Virus record (IMG/VR): IMGVR_UViG_3300032373_000014
Span: 1 to 53,503 of that record
DNA length: 53,503 nt
Strand: one strand, 5' to 3'
Origin: a virus
Lineage: Duplodnaviria > Caudoviricetes
Position numbers and translations under genes: made by a program
Notes under the pieces: generated by a model
Database searches by the model: none
Told to the model about the DNA's origin: nothing
The model's input: only the letters and a program-made list of their open reading frames with translations
Shown here: piece by piece, positions 26,214 to 35,347 of the stretch
Layout of the letters: each line of letters begins with the position of its first letter
Numbering within the stretch: the stretch's first letter is position 1

Positions 26214-26801
26214 ATGGCAAATCGAAATCGAAAACCTGATAAAGGCAAGTTTTACGAGTTCACTGTACGAATTTCGAAAGCTTGGGCAATTGTAGTTACG
26301 GTTTTAGCGGTGCTCGCGTTATCTAAATTGGTTGACAATGTCGTAGATGATGCAATTCGATGGTATGGAATTCTAGCAAACTTGGATGTCGCCTATGTTT
26401 GGATTAGGCGTAGTGTCGAGAGCATTTTATTTTCATGGTGGATACCGAACGTGCCACCCTGGATCACAAATTACCTGATTTTAATCACCACCCTCCATCA
26501 CAGCATCCCAAAATCAAAATATTTATCGGGATATTCAATGTTGTGGTCATTTCCTAACGTGTTAGGTGAAAACGATGCCGCGGGACGTTCGCTAGTCGGC
26601 CACTTTCTCACTTGGCCACTTTGGATATTGGTAGTTATTTTTAGAGGTAGTCTGAGCTTCATCTTTAAGAACACAGAAAACGACATGCCTTACGGATATA
26701 AAATCATAGCGATTGCATTCTGGAAAACAGCCTTGATCTTCCTAATATTGCTAATCCTGAACTACCAGATCCTCGCCCGATGGTGGCCCGATGCGCTTTA
26801 G
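26214..26801 (+). CDS. Multi-TM membrane moron protein
   Basis: 195 aa with several hydrophobic helices; GAGGGG RBS; visibly AT-richer; antisense to flanking phage genes. Confidence 0.75.
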   Translation: MANRNRKPDKGKFYEFTVRISKAWAIVVTVLAVLALSKLVDNVVDDAIRWYGILANLDVAYVWIRRSVESILFSWWIPNVPPWITNYLILITTLHHSIPKSKYLSGYSMLWSFPNVLGENDAAGRSLVGHFLTWPLWILVVIFRGSLSFIFKNTENDMPYGYKIIAIAFWKTALIFLILLILNYQILARWWPDAL

Positions 26802-26958
26802 ATGCATTCTAGTTGAATATCCGCGCGACCAGCGTCAGCAGTAGGGAATACAGCTAAGGCGCAGGACCTAAAAACCCGGTAAACCATTAAATTTTGTTTG
26901 TTGTTGAAATCTAGTTTGTTACCCTTTTAGCTTCTGGTGCCTTAAAGGGAGAAAGAGA

Positions 26959-27297
26959 TTGCGCGACGACGTTATTACCAGCCATATTGCAGCTGAAATT
27001 GATGGGTGCATTAAAGGTCGTTTAGATCGGCAACACGACGGCATGGCAATCATAGCAAAAAGTCTCGAGCCACTTCTGCGGGGTATTATCCAAACGGCTT
27101 CAAGGCTCGCAGCCACTCAAGTATCTATCCGAGCCAAACAACCAGCATCTACCCCAGCCGAATTCGGTCTCCACATGGATGCACTAAAACAAGCTATTGA
27201 GAATATCGATTATCGTGCCGTTGAGAATGAGATGTATCACCAACAACGTCAGAAGCAGAGGCATTCAAAACCAAAAGGGCGCAATTCCCAAACCTAG
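26959..27297 (+). CDS. Hypothetical protein
   Basis: TTG start after GGGAG; 112 aa. Confidence 0.5.
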   Translation: MRDDVITSHIAAEIDGCIKGRLDRQHDGMAIIAKSLEPLLRGIIQTASRLAATQVSIRAKQPASTPAEFGLHMDALKQAIENIDYRAVENEMYHQQRQKQRHSKPKGRNSQT

Positions 27298-27359
27298 GTT
27301 TAATGTGGGGATATTCTCACAATAGGGTGCAAGAAAAAATTGGAACTACAAAAAGTTGC

Positions 27360-27581
27360 TCATTTGAGCAATATCTTGTCAATTTCCAGCGTGATTTGAA
27401 CACCCAGAGCCTCGGCAATATCAAATAGTTGAGCCAATTTCACGCTCTCAGGCTTAACCGCGATGTTAAAAAGTGTCCCCTGCGACCAGCCTGAAAGCGA
27501 AGCAAGCTGGCCCCGGCTAACACCTTTTTGGATACGCGTCTGCTCCAACAAAGCTACAACTGTTGCTGCACTAACTTGCAT
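27360..27581 (-). CDS. XRE-family HTH protein
   Basis: R..KGVSRGQLA.LSG.S..T......L..L..IAEALG. Confidence 0.75.
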   Translation of the reverse strand: MQVSAATVVALLEQTRIQKGVSRGQLASLSGWSQGTLFNIAVKPESVKLAQLFDIAEALGVQITLEIDKILLK

Positions 27582-28035
27582 ATTTAAGGCCCCGCCGGCT
27601 ACACTGAGCAATCCATGCCAGCGCCTCAGCGTAGCGCCTCTTGAGCGTCCACCTTGATACATCCAGCGCTAGGTTGTCTTTTATTTTCGTCCAACCAATC
27701 CGCTGTGCACGCTCGCCTTTTTGATAAGCAGCGACATGAAAGAGGAATCGGCGGTCCTCAATATCTGGAAGGGCTCGCAGCAGATCCAAACTCGGCTGCA
27801 TTGCGTCGATCTCTTTTGCTGTTGGTACGCTTGGCCGGTTCGATTGAGTTCGATACAGCCCAAAAGGATCACCTCCACCTGGGTAATCATAAATGTGATC
27901 TGGCCAAAAGGTGTTGGACTGATACAAGAGCGCTTGTTCCCTGTCAGGTAATCTGTGAAGTGTCCATGCCGCCTCAATTAGAAGTGCTTCGACTTCGCCC
28001 GAATTCAATCCGTCATTGATTTTACTCACGTACAT
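27571..28035 (-). CDS. DUF6362-like protein, candidate late-gene regulator
   Basis: L.EAA.TL.RLPD motif, C-terminal HTH; Q-like position before the packaging genes. Confidence 0.65.
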   Translation of the reverse strand: MYVSKINDGLNSGEVEALLIEAAWTLHRLPDREQALLYQSNTFWPDHIYDYPGGGDPFGLYRTQSNRPSVPTAKEIDAMQPSLDLLRALPDIEDRRFLFHVAAYQKGERAQRIGWTKIKDNLALDVSRWTLKRRYAEALAWIAQCSRRGLKYAS

Positions 28036-28082
28036 AAATCCCCCTTGTCGGTCCCTTTGTTGAGCTGGTGTCGGGCCAGCGT

Positions 28083-28241
28083 TCAGTTATTTGCGTTTCG
28101 TTCGTCCCTGCGCCCAGCGTAGTAGCCCTGCCTGTAGTCAATTTTGCGCGTTCTCTGGCGCTGCCATATGCAGCAACCGCAGGCGATGAGAACCGTCATT
28201 GCCGCCCACCAAGTGAAGAATGCCGCACTCCCGCTAATCAC
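28083..28241 (-). CDS. 52-aa membrane peptide (not in the ORF track)
   Basis: GTG start overlapping the upstream TGA; ISGSAAFFTWWAAMTVLIACGCCIW followed by a basic tail. Confidence 0.5.
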   Translation of the reverse strand: MISGSAAFFTWWAAMTVLIACGCCIWQRQRTRKIDYRQGYYAGRRDERNANN

Positions 28242-28396
28242 TGGCTTGCCCCTTCATCACCAGGCGAGCCCGCTAGCAATTCGTCGCACTTTTGCTGGTA
28301 GCCGTTGTATCGGCCTACGAGATACCCCCCGGCCGCGCCCAAGATGAACAGCGACCCTATAACCAATGCAGAAACCCATATGAGCACATTGATCAT
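28238..28396 (-). CDS. 52-aa membrane peptide (not in the ORF track)
   Basis: MINVLIWVSALVIGSLFILGAAGGYLVG...; GAGGTG RBS. Confidence 0.55.
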   Translation of the reverse strand: MINVLIWVSALVIGSLFILGAAGGYLVGRYNGYQQKCDELLAGSPGDEGASQ

Positions 28397-28432
28397 TCCC
28401 GCACCTCGATCAGGCTGGCGTGACGCGGTAGC

Positions 28433-28720
28433 TCAATGGTTAGTTGGCTCATTCTCTTTCCCCCTGGTTGGCTGCCCGCAAGTAGGGCAGTTGGTTATTC
28501 CGAGCGCGCGCAAGCCTTTTACCGATGGACGCAGGGTACGGCTTTCGAAACGAGACCTGTCCACATAGCCCTCGCGATATAGAAACTTAGTTATCCTGGC
28601 CGGACCTGACGGAGACTTTAGCGACAAGTGAGCACACATTTCCCTGTGTGAGGGCCCATAGCCATTATTCGCGTGGTAGTGATGGATAAAAGACAATGTT
28701 TTCCTCTGCTGAGGTGTCAT
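28433..28720 (-). CDS. LexA DNA-binding-domain protein with C-terminal CPTC
   Basis: MTPQQ..TL.FI......GYGPS.REM...L.LKS.S matches the LexA N-terminal wHTH; no peptidase domain. Confidence 0.8.
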   Translation of the reverse strand: MTPQQRKTLSFIHHYHANNGYGPSHREMCAHLSLKSPSGPARITKFLYREGYVDRSRFESRTLRPSVKGLRALGITNCPTCGQPTRGKENEPTNH

Positions 28721-29523
28721 GCCGCCACCTCCGGGTACTGGTCCCACATAATGCCGCCCAAATCGCGACCCTTGGCTTTGATGGCCTTCTGATTGCGTCC
28801 TGAGTGCTGCTTGAACAGGAAAGGCACGCCTGCTTGGATACATTGGTCTGCCAGACTCTTTGCCCAAGACAACTTCATGTCACGGCGTTTGCTATCGGGT
28901 GCGCTTTCGCCGCCGCAGATAACCCAGTGTATTTCGCCCGCATCAAGGCGGTAAAACTGCCGCCCAAACGGTGATGGTTCCTCGACTGACCTCAAGTCCA
29001 GCGGCCCCAACAGCGGCTCACAAGACAGGAAACGAACTTTCGCAGGCGTCGAGACTAGATGCGGAATGCGAGTTCGTGCCTCTACCTGATTTTCAACAGT
29101 GGTGCCCAGCCAAACATTGGGATAACCGTCGCCCCAATCATTTGGAATAAAACGGTGAATATTTTGGGGTCGCTTTGTCAAAAGTAGCCAATCAAGGTTT
29201 GGGGTAGCTTTGATAAGAACCCACAGGTCAGCGCGCCATTCAGGCTCTATGCTTTTGTGGTTGTCGAAAACGTCTGCAAGTGAAGCGCAGAACACCCGTG
29301 GCCGTACACCAGCAGCGGCAGCTTTCCTGTTCCATTTCAGCGGCTGCTTCCAATAATCGGCGCTTGTACGCCTGCGGTCGGCATGTGGACCCCATTCAAC
29401 CTGTTTAAACCGGGCCGTTTGCACTTCGGCATAGCAATTGTCGCACGCACCGCTGATCTTGGTACAGCCCATCCAAGGATTAAATGTGTGATCGGTCCAT
29501 TCTATCTTGCTGTTTTCAGCCAT
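28717..29523 (-). CDS. Phage Gp37/Gp68 (DUF5131) family protein
   Basis: SKIEWTDHTFNPW.GCTKIS.ACDNCYA, VFCASLADVF, LLLTKRP, FLSCEPLLG, WVICGGES. Confidence 0.92.
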   Translation of the reverse strand: MAENSKIEWTDHTFNPWMGCTKISGACDNCYAEVQTARFKQVEWGPHADRRRTSADYWKQPLKWNRKAAAAGVRPRVFCASLADVFDNHKSIEPEWRADLWVLIKATPNLDWLLLTKRPQNIHRFIPNDWGDGYPNVWLGTTVENQVEARTRIPHLVSTPAKVRFLSCEPLLGPLDLRSVEEPSPFGRQFYRLDAGEIHWVICGGESAPDSKRRDMKLSWAKSLADQCIQAGVPFLFKQHSGRNQKAIKAKGRDLGGIMWDQYPEVAA

Positions 29524-29861
29524 TATGCTGCCTCCCTATGGGCGCTGTGATGCGTGTGATTGGATAGTTCCGGCAGGATATCTTCAAACGCCACGTACCT
29601 TTCGACAGATTTCCAAACCCGTTTAGGCTCCATGCCCACCACCCATTGAAGCACTATCCCGGCTATACGGCCTGTCTCTCGCGTTATGCCGATGTAGAGG
29701 CCGTCTTGGGCTGGCCAAGTGGTGTTGTCCGCCATGTCGAACGCTATCCAGCGTTGGTTCAATTGTTCCCTGAATATCTCAAGGCGTAGGTCTGCCGTCC
29801 CTACCGGGTCTAGGATCGCGTCGAGTACTAGCTGGTCGCTTATGGGGGTTGGGTCGTTCAT
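29523..29861 (-). CDS. Hypothetical protein
   Basis: Coupled to both neighbours. Confidence 0.65.
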   Translation of the reverse strand: MNDPTPISDQLVLDAILDPVGTADLRLEIFREQLNQRWIAFDMADNTTWPAQDGLYIGITRETGRIAGIVLQWVVGMEPKRVWKSVERYVAFEDILPELSNHTHHSAHREAA

Positions 29862-30760
29862 GCCGCGTCCTTTCCGTATCCAAACTCAATGAGAATTTGA
29901 GGGGGTACCGCCGTGAATGGGCTGTCGGGGGCTTCGCTGCCGTAAGCGGTTTGTGTCCACTTTCCGGTTTGCTGGTAGTTGCGTACACGAGCCCGCCAAA
30001 TGTCATCTTCGGACATTACATTTGCTGGCAGCGTTTCGACGTTTGTCGGTACGGCACCTATCGCAGTAGGCGTCCCTCTCGGCTGGCCAGATTTTCCATC
30101 CCGTTCACAAAATTGCCGCTGATTGCTGTACCAAGTCCGCCAAGTAGCTGACCAGTCCGTCCGCGAAGTGTTTTTGCTCTGGTGATGGTTCCTGAATTGA
30201 TCAACCTGATAGGCCAGGTCAGCAGGGGTGTTGTGCCCTACCCAATAGATCATTGCTTTCTCTTGGTCCTCGGTCGTTGGGCAATCCGAAGGCAAAGTTG
30301 AGTTTCGTTTTTTGGAAACCTTTGGTTTCTTTTCTTGGTTCTGGTTTTGGTATGCTTCTGTTTCGCTACTATTTTCCGGTAGCATTGTTGAAGCGGGTGC
30401 TTCCTGCCTTTTCTTATATTTCAACGCGTTAGCTTGTCCGCCTTTTGCACCATTCGATTTATTTTGTTCCTTTTTTGTTTTTAAATTTTGATACGCTTCA
30501 TGAATTTTTCCATGATAAAAATGATCGTTTTCGATAATGAAAAACTCAGATATAGCAGCTCTCAACTTGCGCCATTTGGCCGGTGTGACGCCAACCATCC
30601 GAGCCAACCGCTTATCATCATCCGGCAACTTGCAGCCCGGTGAACGCCACATACAAATCAGCAGCAATATATACGCCCCATGCTCTTCTACTGTCAGATG
30701 CTTTGTGTCCGCGAGATATGCGTCAGTAAAAAACGGCATGGAAGGAAACTCAGCCATCAA
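29858..30760 (-). CDS. Replication initiator, DUF1376/YdaU family
   Basis: P.MPFFTDAYLADT.HL..EEHGAY.LLL...W......LPDDD..LAR. Confidence 0.9.
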   Translation of the reverse strand: MMAEFPSMPFFTDAYLADTKHLTVEEHGAYILLLICMWRSPGCKLPDDDKRLARMVGVTPAKWRKLRAAISEFFIIENDHFYHGKIHEAYQNLKTKKEQNKSNGAKGGQANALKYKKRQEAPASTMLPENSSETEAYQNQNQEKKPKVSKKRNSTLPSDCPTTEDQEKAMIYWVGHNTPADLAYQVDQFRNHHQSKNTSRTDWSATWRTWYSNQRQFCERDGKSGQPRGTPTAIGAVPTNVETLPANVMSEDDIWRARVRNYQQTGKWTQTAYGSEAPDSPFTAVPPQILIEFGYGKDAA

Positions 30761-32243
30761 AAAGGCCCTCCTGGTTACTGCTAGTATGTGAAAAGGATTT
30801 CGACCTGATCGCGCCTGCAGCCAAATCCACCCGTAGATTTACGGTGCCTGTGGGGCCTTGCCGTTGAGCCGCAAGAATGATTTCCATCTTGCCTTCGAGA
30901 TCGGCAAGTTCCGCCGCTGCGACTTCATATTCGGGTGTAGAGGGGTGAATACCCTCCATAGCTTTACGTGCGTACTGGGCTTGCCGAAAAACAAACATCA
31001 CAACGTCGGCGTCTTGCTCTATTGAGCCGCTATCTCGCAAGTCGGAAAGCATCGGTCGTTTGTCGTCCCTATTCTCTAGGCCGCGGTTTAACTGGCATAA
31101 AACGATATTGGGAACAGTAGTTTCGCGGGCAATTACCTTTAGGCTGCGCGTAATCTCAGTAATCTCATTGACCTTGGAGCCTTTGTAACGATCGCCAGCT
31201 CTCATCAGGCCAAGATAATCAGTGATAACTAGGCCAAGCTTTAAGCCGTTACGGGCGAATTCTCGCTGGAACCGTTTGACCTTCAACCGTAGTTGGCCAA
31301 CGGATAAGCCGGAAGTATCGTCAATCTTGATCGGAAGCTTTGATAGGTAGTTGCTCGCATGAACCAATAGTTCGCGCTCGTCGGCGCTTAAACGCCCTTG
31401 GAGGGCGCGCACATATGGTATCGACCTACCCGATTGAAAGGCCGCGATATCTGTAAGCATTCGGCTGACTAATTGAGCACGTGACATTTCCAGAGAAAAC
31501 ATTGCCACACCGTGACCGGCCTGCCCGGCCGCACGCGCGGCATTGAGTGCCAGGAGCGTCTTGCCCATCTTCGGGCGCCCGCCTATGACAATGAATTGGC
31601 CCTCTTGCGCGCCGCCTGTTAATTCGTCAAGTTCGGGAATTCCCGTTGTTACGCCAACTAAACCATCGCATGCCGACGCTTTTTCAATCAGTTCAAGGGC
31701 TTCGTCACAGGCAGAACCGATAGAGGTGTTTTCTCGCACACCTGCACTCATTTCCTTGTGAATGCGGGCAGCGTGATCTTCCATTCGCTCAAGCAAATCT
31801 GCCGCCGGCACCTCGATGCTCATATTCTGCGCATCGTCTGCAATGGTATGACCGACCGATAAGAGTTCTCGGCGGATAAATAGGTCGCGCACGCCGTTAG
31901 CATATTCCCAATGATTGATAATGGTCGTCACCGAACCCGCCAGCCGGACCAGATATGCGGCACCCTCAAGCGTAACCAAATCTTCGTCATGCTCAAAATA
32001 TGGCTTTAAGCGTACAGGGTCTACCCGTTCACCTTTATCAAATAGCTGGCAGCAAGCTTTGTAGATACGGCCATGAACGGGCTCGTAGAACATATCGTCG
32101 CGGAGCAAATCTCGGACGTTCAACAGGACGTCGTTATTGACTAAGATCGCCCCTAGTATTTGTTGCTCAAGCTCTACATTCTGTGGCGGCAATTGCTCTT
32201 GCTCGCCAAAACCGTCCATTGGATCGAAACGCTGATCATCCAT
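30750..32243 (-). CDS. dnaB: Replicative DNA helicase
   Basis: GGRPKMGKT, FSLEMS, DYLGLM, QLNR..E.R.DKRP.LSDLRDSGSIEQDAD. Confidence 0.96.
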   Translation of the reverse strand: MDDQRFDPMDGFGEQEQLPPQNVELEQQILGAILVNNDVLLNVRDLLRDDMFYEPVHGRIYKACCQLFDKGERVDPVRLKPYFEHDEDLVTLEGAAYLVRLAGSVTTIINHWEYANGVRDLFIRRELLSVGHTIADDAQNMSIEVPAADLLERMEDHAARIHKEMSAGVRENTSIGSACDEALELIEKASACDGLVGVTTGIPELDELTGGAQEGQFIVIGGRPKMGKTLLALNAARAAGQAGHGVAMFSLEMSRAQLVSRMLTDIAAFQSGRSIPYVRALQGRLSADERELLVHASNYLSKLPIKIDDTSGLSVGQLRLKVKRFQREFARNGLKLGLVITDYLGLMRAGDRYKGSKVNEITEITRSLKVIARETTVPNIVLCQLNRGLENRDDKRPMLSDLRDSGSIEQDADVVMFVFRQAQYARKAMEGIHPSTPEYEVAAAELADLEGKMEIILAAQRQGPTGTVNLRVDLAAGAIRSKSFSHTSSNQEGLFDG

Positions 32244-32539
32244 CAAACAAGCCCTCCTGATATAGAAGGTTGTGAGTTGAGGTAAACGGTGGTTTTCAGC
32301 CATTCCCAGAATAGTGAGACCGTATAGCTAAAAGAAACCGCCTCGGACAAAAGGTTGGAAGGCGGCTTTTGCAACCCTAACCGCGTCGCCTTTTTGGTTA
32401 GATCCCCCCCCTTTCTAACCACTGGGGCCTTTTGGTTTACATAGCTGCATGAGAGGGTTTTTAGAGCGAAACTTGCCGAACTTACATTTCCAACCGCTAA
32501 CATCAGAGCATGGATGATTCGAACTATGAGGAATGACTT

Positions 32540-32668
32540 ATGACTACCGTGAACATTACTGACCCTGCCGTGTACGCTATGATTGCGGGTGGGCTGATCC
32601 TTGCCATGATGAAGAATGGATGGACTGCAAGCCAGATTATTGAATTTTTGAAGACATGGCGAAGCTGA
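32540..32668 (+). CDS. 42-aa hydrophobic peptide (not in the ORF track)
   Basis: GAGGA RBS; MTTVNITDPAVYAMIAGGLILAMMKNGWTASQIIEFLKTWRS, antisense within the early operon. Confidence 0.55.
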   Translation: MTTVNITDPAVYAMIAGGLILAMMKNGWTASQIIEFLKTWRS

Positions 32669-32670
32669 TG

Positions 32671-33249
32671 TCATGCGGCCACCTCAAACTTGTCGGTTTC
32701 ATTTCCCCAGCATTGCCACCCTGGACGTTGCGTACGAGCAAACAACTCAATAGCGGGGCCGTCGTACATAGCCTCGATGCGTTCGATTGCCTCATCTGGT
32801 TTGCGGGAATGTTCTCTGATTGGCGCTCGCAATAATTGGCGCACCGCTTTGGATTTAGGGCGTCCCGGTTTCCCTCTTGTAGCAAACAGGCACATTTCAG
32901 GGTTTGCCCGAGTAAAGTATCCAAGCCCAAAGAACTCTGCTCCGGTCTTTTCGTGGTGTTTGATCCAAGTAAACGCGACGGTTTTGTACTCAAACCCCCA
33001 AGCTTCAATGGTAGCTAGCCCTTCCTGCAACAACGGATCTGTGACCCACAAGAACAACACGGCGTCCGGCGCTGCCAAGGCTTCAACCGGGAGGTTTTGA
33101 ATATCATCGATCGTCATGCAGTCGTAATGCTGGACAGCACTCTTATCCGTACCCTTCTTGGAATAGTTCTCGTAGGACCATGCGGGATCGGCATGCACGA
33201 TCTTAAATCCCCCTGCTGGCCTCCGCTCCATTGCCTCCCCTAGCTTCAT
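32671..33249 (-). CDS. MT-A70 family adenine methyltransferase
   Basis: ADPAW (DPPW-like), LFLWVT, WGFEYKT..F.W.K, REHSRKP, IELFAR. Confidence 0.92.
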   Translation of the reverse strand: MKLGEAMERRPAGGFKIVHADPAWSYENYSKKGTDKSAVQHYDCMTIDDIQNLPVEALAAPDAVLFLWVTDPLLQEGLATIEAWGFEYKTVAFTWIKHHEKTGAEFFGLGYFTRANPEMCLFATRGKPGRPKSKAVRQLLRAPIREHSRKPDEAIERIEAMYDGPAIELFARTQRPGWQCWGNETDKFEVAA

Positions 33250-33428
33250 GCTGCCAAATCCTCCGCTTTTTCCTCGCGTTCAAAATCTCGCATCACTTCA
33301 TCAAACTTGTTCTTGCAGGCGCTATTGCTGCGATCAAGGACCTTAGCGATGTAACGAAAACTTCGCTTTTCGTCGTGGCGCAGGACCAGCAGTTTATGGA
33401 TTTCAGCGTCTTCCCATGGCTGGCTCAT
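33246..33428 (-). CDS. Small GcrA N-terminus/Myb-like HTH protein
   Basis: W.D.EI..L..L.......S...IA..L.RS..A...K. Confidence 0.55.
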   Translation of the reverse strand: MSQPWEDAEIHKLLVLRHDEKRSFRYIAKVLDRSNSACKNKFDEVMRDFEREEKAEDLAA

Positions 33429-34000
33429 GATGCTTTCCTTGCGAATACGGTGTCGCGGTGCTTGCCAACGGGCCAGTCTGGTTCAAGTTTGAGTTTATGG
33501 GCCATGTAAATCATCAAACCCATTGCGTCAGCCTGATCTTGCCCGTTAAAGGGAATTCCACGAGCTTGAAGCTCTTGTTTGGTAAGAATATGCGCATCAA
33601 CCCGCTTGGGGTTGTTGCCGATCAGGTGAGTACGCCAGCTGCTGACGTTGCACTCAAAACAACGTAGCTCCAGTTCGTAGCAGACCTCTTCAACATATCC
33701 GCCAATAGCAAAAAGGACCCTCGCCACATCTTGGCTTGTACCATTGACAAACTTACTGTTGCCCTTTGCGTCGCGCTTAACGGTACTAGGTTTGAGATAC
33801 GCGGATTCATACATCACATGCGTAACACCTGCGGTACGCATGAAAGGTATCAACCAGCCTTTGAACTTATTCAGCGATCGCCCGATCTGGCCGTTCACAC
33901 TAGGCATCGTAAAAGTTCCGAGCTTAGGCGAAGAACCGGGCTCCCAAAGAGCGAACCCGGTTTTTGTGGCAAGATCCAATGTCAAGTAGACCTCGGCCAT
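33425..34000 (-). CDS. RuvC-like Holliday junction resolvase
   Basis: LTLDLATKTGFA, V.YE and DQADA acidic motifs. Confidence 0.8.
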   Translation of the reverse strand: MAEVYLTLDLATKTGFALWEPGSSPKLGTFTMPSVNGQIGRSLNKFKGWLIPFMRTAGVTHVMYESAYLKPSTVKRDAKGNSKFVNGTSQDVARVLFAIGGYVEEVCYELELRCFECNVSSWRTHLIGNNPKRVDAHILTKQELQARGIPFNGQDQADAMGLMIYMAHKLKLEPDWPVGKHRDTVFARKAS

Positions 34001-34356
34001 TATGCGGCTTTCTTTTGTTCGGTCGTATTGTCTTGCTCGACCGCATCAATCCAATTTAGCTGACCGCCGTTTGCCAAGGCATTGAAACAAATCGAAAGGT
34101 TACTTTTCTTGGCATCGCGCTCGCCTTCGTCTTCCATTTTTGCTAAACGCCGGGCCGCATTGAAGTCGGCTATCGTAATGCCAGTTTCAGCTTTGAAGTG
34201 ATTTCGTACCGTCTTCATATCCTCGCGGATGTCCTTCGCTTGCTTCTCAAGCGGCTCAAGCTCTTTGTCCAAGAGCCGTACTTGATCAGCAATGTATTTG
34301 GGGTCGCGGTTTCCACTATTGTGGCCCTCCCCTGCGTCGTTGATGTTTGTCGCCAT
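34000..34356 (-). CDS. GapR/DUF2312-like DNA-binding protein
   Basis: GHNS motif, coiled coil ...K.IREDMK.V....K...G, C-terminal AL..GQL. Confidence 0.55.
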   Translation of the reverse strand: MATNINDAGEGHNSGNRDPKYIADQVRLLDKELEPLEKQAKDIREDMKTVRNHFKAETGITIADFNAARRLAKMEDEGERDAKKSNLSICFNALANGGQLNWIDAVEQDNTTEQKKAA

Positions 34357-34390
34357 GTCGGTGTCTCCTTTTCTGGCGTGTCGGGGTTAC

Positions 34391-34891
34391 TTACTGAGCC
34401 GCCCTTAACCGCGGCTGATTGATTTCCGTCTCAAGGCCCGCCTTCATGGCCTCCAGTACGTTGATTGCGTCCGTGACTTCTTTGTGAATTTGGGTGGCTT
34501 CTTCGCGGGTACGTTCTGCTCCGCTGTCCGAGGCGGGGTCACACGAAGCGGCATATGCGCCGGCAACATCGCCAACTTCTTTCATCACTTGGGAAAGCCG
34601 AAGGCCCAACTCGACGGGCTGCCTGTCGTACTCCCCCATAGACAGCAACTGCCTGCGGGTTTCGCTCTCAAGCGCCGCGTGTAAAATCATGTGACCATGT
34701 TTTGTAAATACAGCGGCATCGATCCGGGCCGCGTCTTTGAGCGTAAGCTGGGTAGGATGAAACGGATTCATTGCCTTTTCAAAAGCCGAGCGGGTCTTGC
34801 CTGTTACTGCTTCCAGAATATCCGGGTTGATCGCGTTGACTGCTTCCTGAAGCGCGCCTTCTACTGATCCCGGTTCCCGCCTGTATGTCAT
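34391..34891 (-). CDS. CII-like phage regulatory protein
   Basis: Directly downstream of cro; KEVGDV helical C-terminus typical of this slot. Confidence 0.6.
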   Translation of the reverse strand: MTYRREPGSVEGALQEAVNAINPDILEAVTGKTRSAFEKAMNPFHPTQLTLKDAARIDAAVFTKHGHMILHAALESETRRQLLSMGEYDRQPVELGLRLSQVMKEVGDVAGAYAASCDPASDSGAERTREEATQIHKEVTDAINVLEAMKAGLETEINQPRLRAAQ

Positions 34892-35061
34892 TCCGTTTGT
34901 ACTCCCCAATATCGGACTGGATTTATTTTTCCTTTGAGCCCAGTTTCAAATCGTCGGAGCGGCTCACTACCCCGTTTGTCGCTATTCCCTGGCCGGGCCC
35001 GTCTTTGGATACTCCTTACAAAGCGAGCCCGGTTTCCGCCCCCGTGTGAGAGGAAGGCGTA

Positions 35062-35262
35062 TTACGCGGCTTCGAAGAAATCGGACGGCTCAAGATCAAT
35101 TTGATTGTCACGAGCACAATCCAAAATAGGCTGATGGTGCTTCGCGGGAATTTGTTCTCGAATTCGCCAAGAATTGATCGTGCCGGAGGGATAGCCCGTG
35201 AGCCTAGCCATTGGCCTGGTACCGCCAAAAACTGTCTTAATGATTTTTACTGCTGGTTTCAT
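35062..35262 (-). CDS. cro: Cro-like repressor
   Basis: II...FGG...MA...G....T..SW..R..IP motif; divergent from cI; probably leaderless from ATG 35262. Confidence 0.85.
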   Translation of the reverse strand: MKPAVKIIKTVFGGTRPMARLTGYPSGTINSWRIREQIPAKHHQPILDCARDNQIDLEPSDFFEAA

Positions 35263-35269
35263 AAGCAGC

Positions 35270-35297
35270 ATTGTAATCATTTTGAATACAGCGTCAA
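35270..35297 (-). promoter_or_regulatory. PR-like promoter for cro
   Basis: TTGACG (35297-35292), 16-bp spacer, TACAAT (35275-35270); overlapped by operator 35272..35290. Confidence 0.7.
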
Positions 35298-35345
35298 TAA
35301 AAATGTGCTCACAATGAATACGGACATGTATTCATTTTTCATACA
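35272..35345. promoter_or_regulatory. OR: three 19-bp operators, consensus TGTATTCA-N3-TGAATACA
   Basis: TGTAATCAtttTGAATACA 35272; TGTGCTCAcaaTGAATACG 35304; TGTATTCAtttTTCATACA 35327. Confidence 0.85.
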
Positions 35346-35347
35346 AG

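Noticed and set aside
32243-32674. 143-aa minus-strand ORF between the MT-A70 gene and dnaB
   Set aside because: No motifs; the interval is better explained by the plus-strand 42-aa peptide with RBS and structured leader, although a read-through spacer frame like 45779..47485 cannot be excluded
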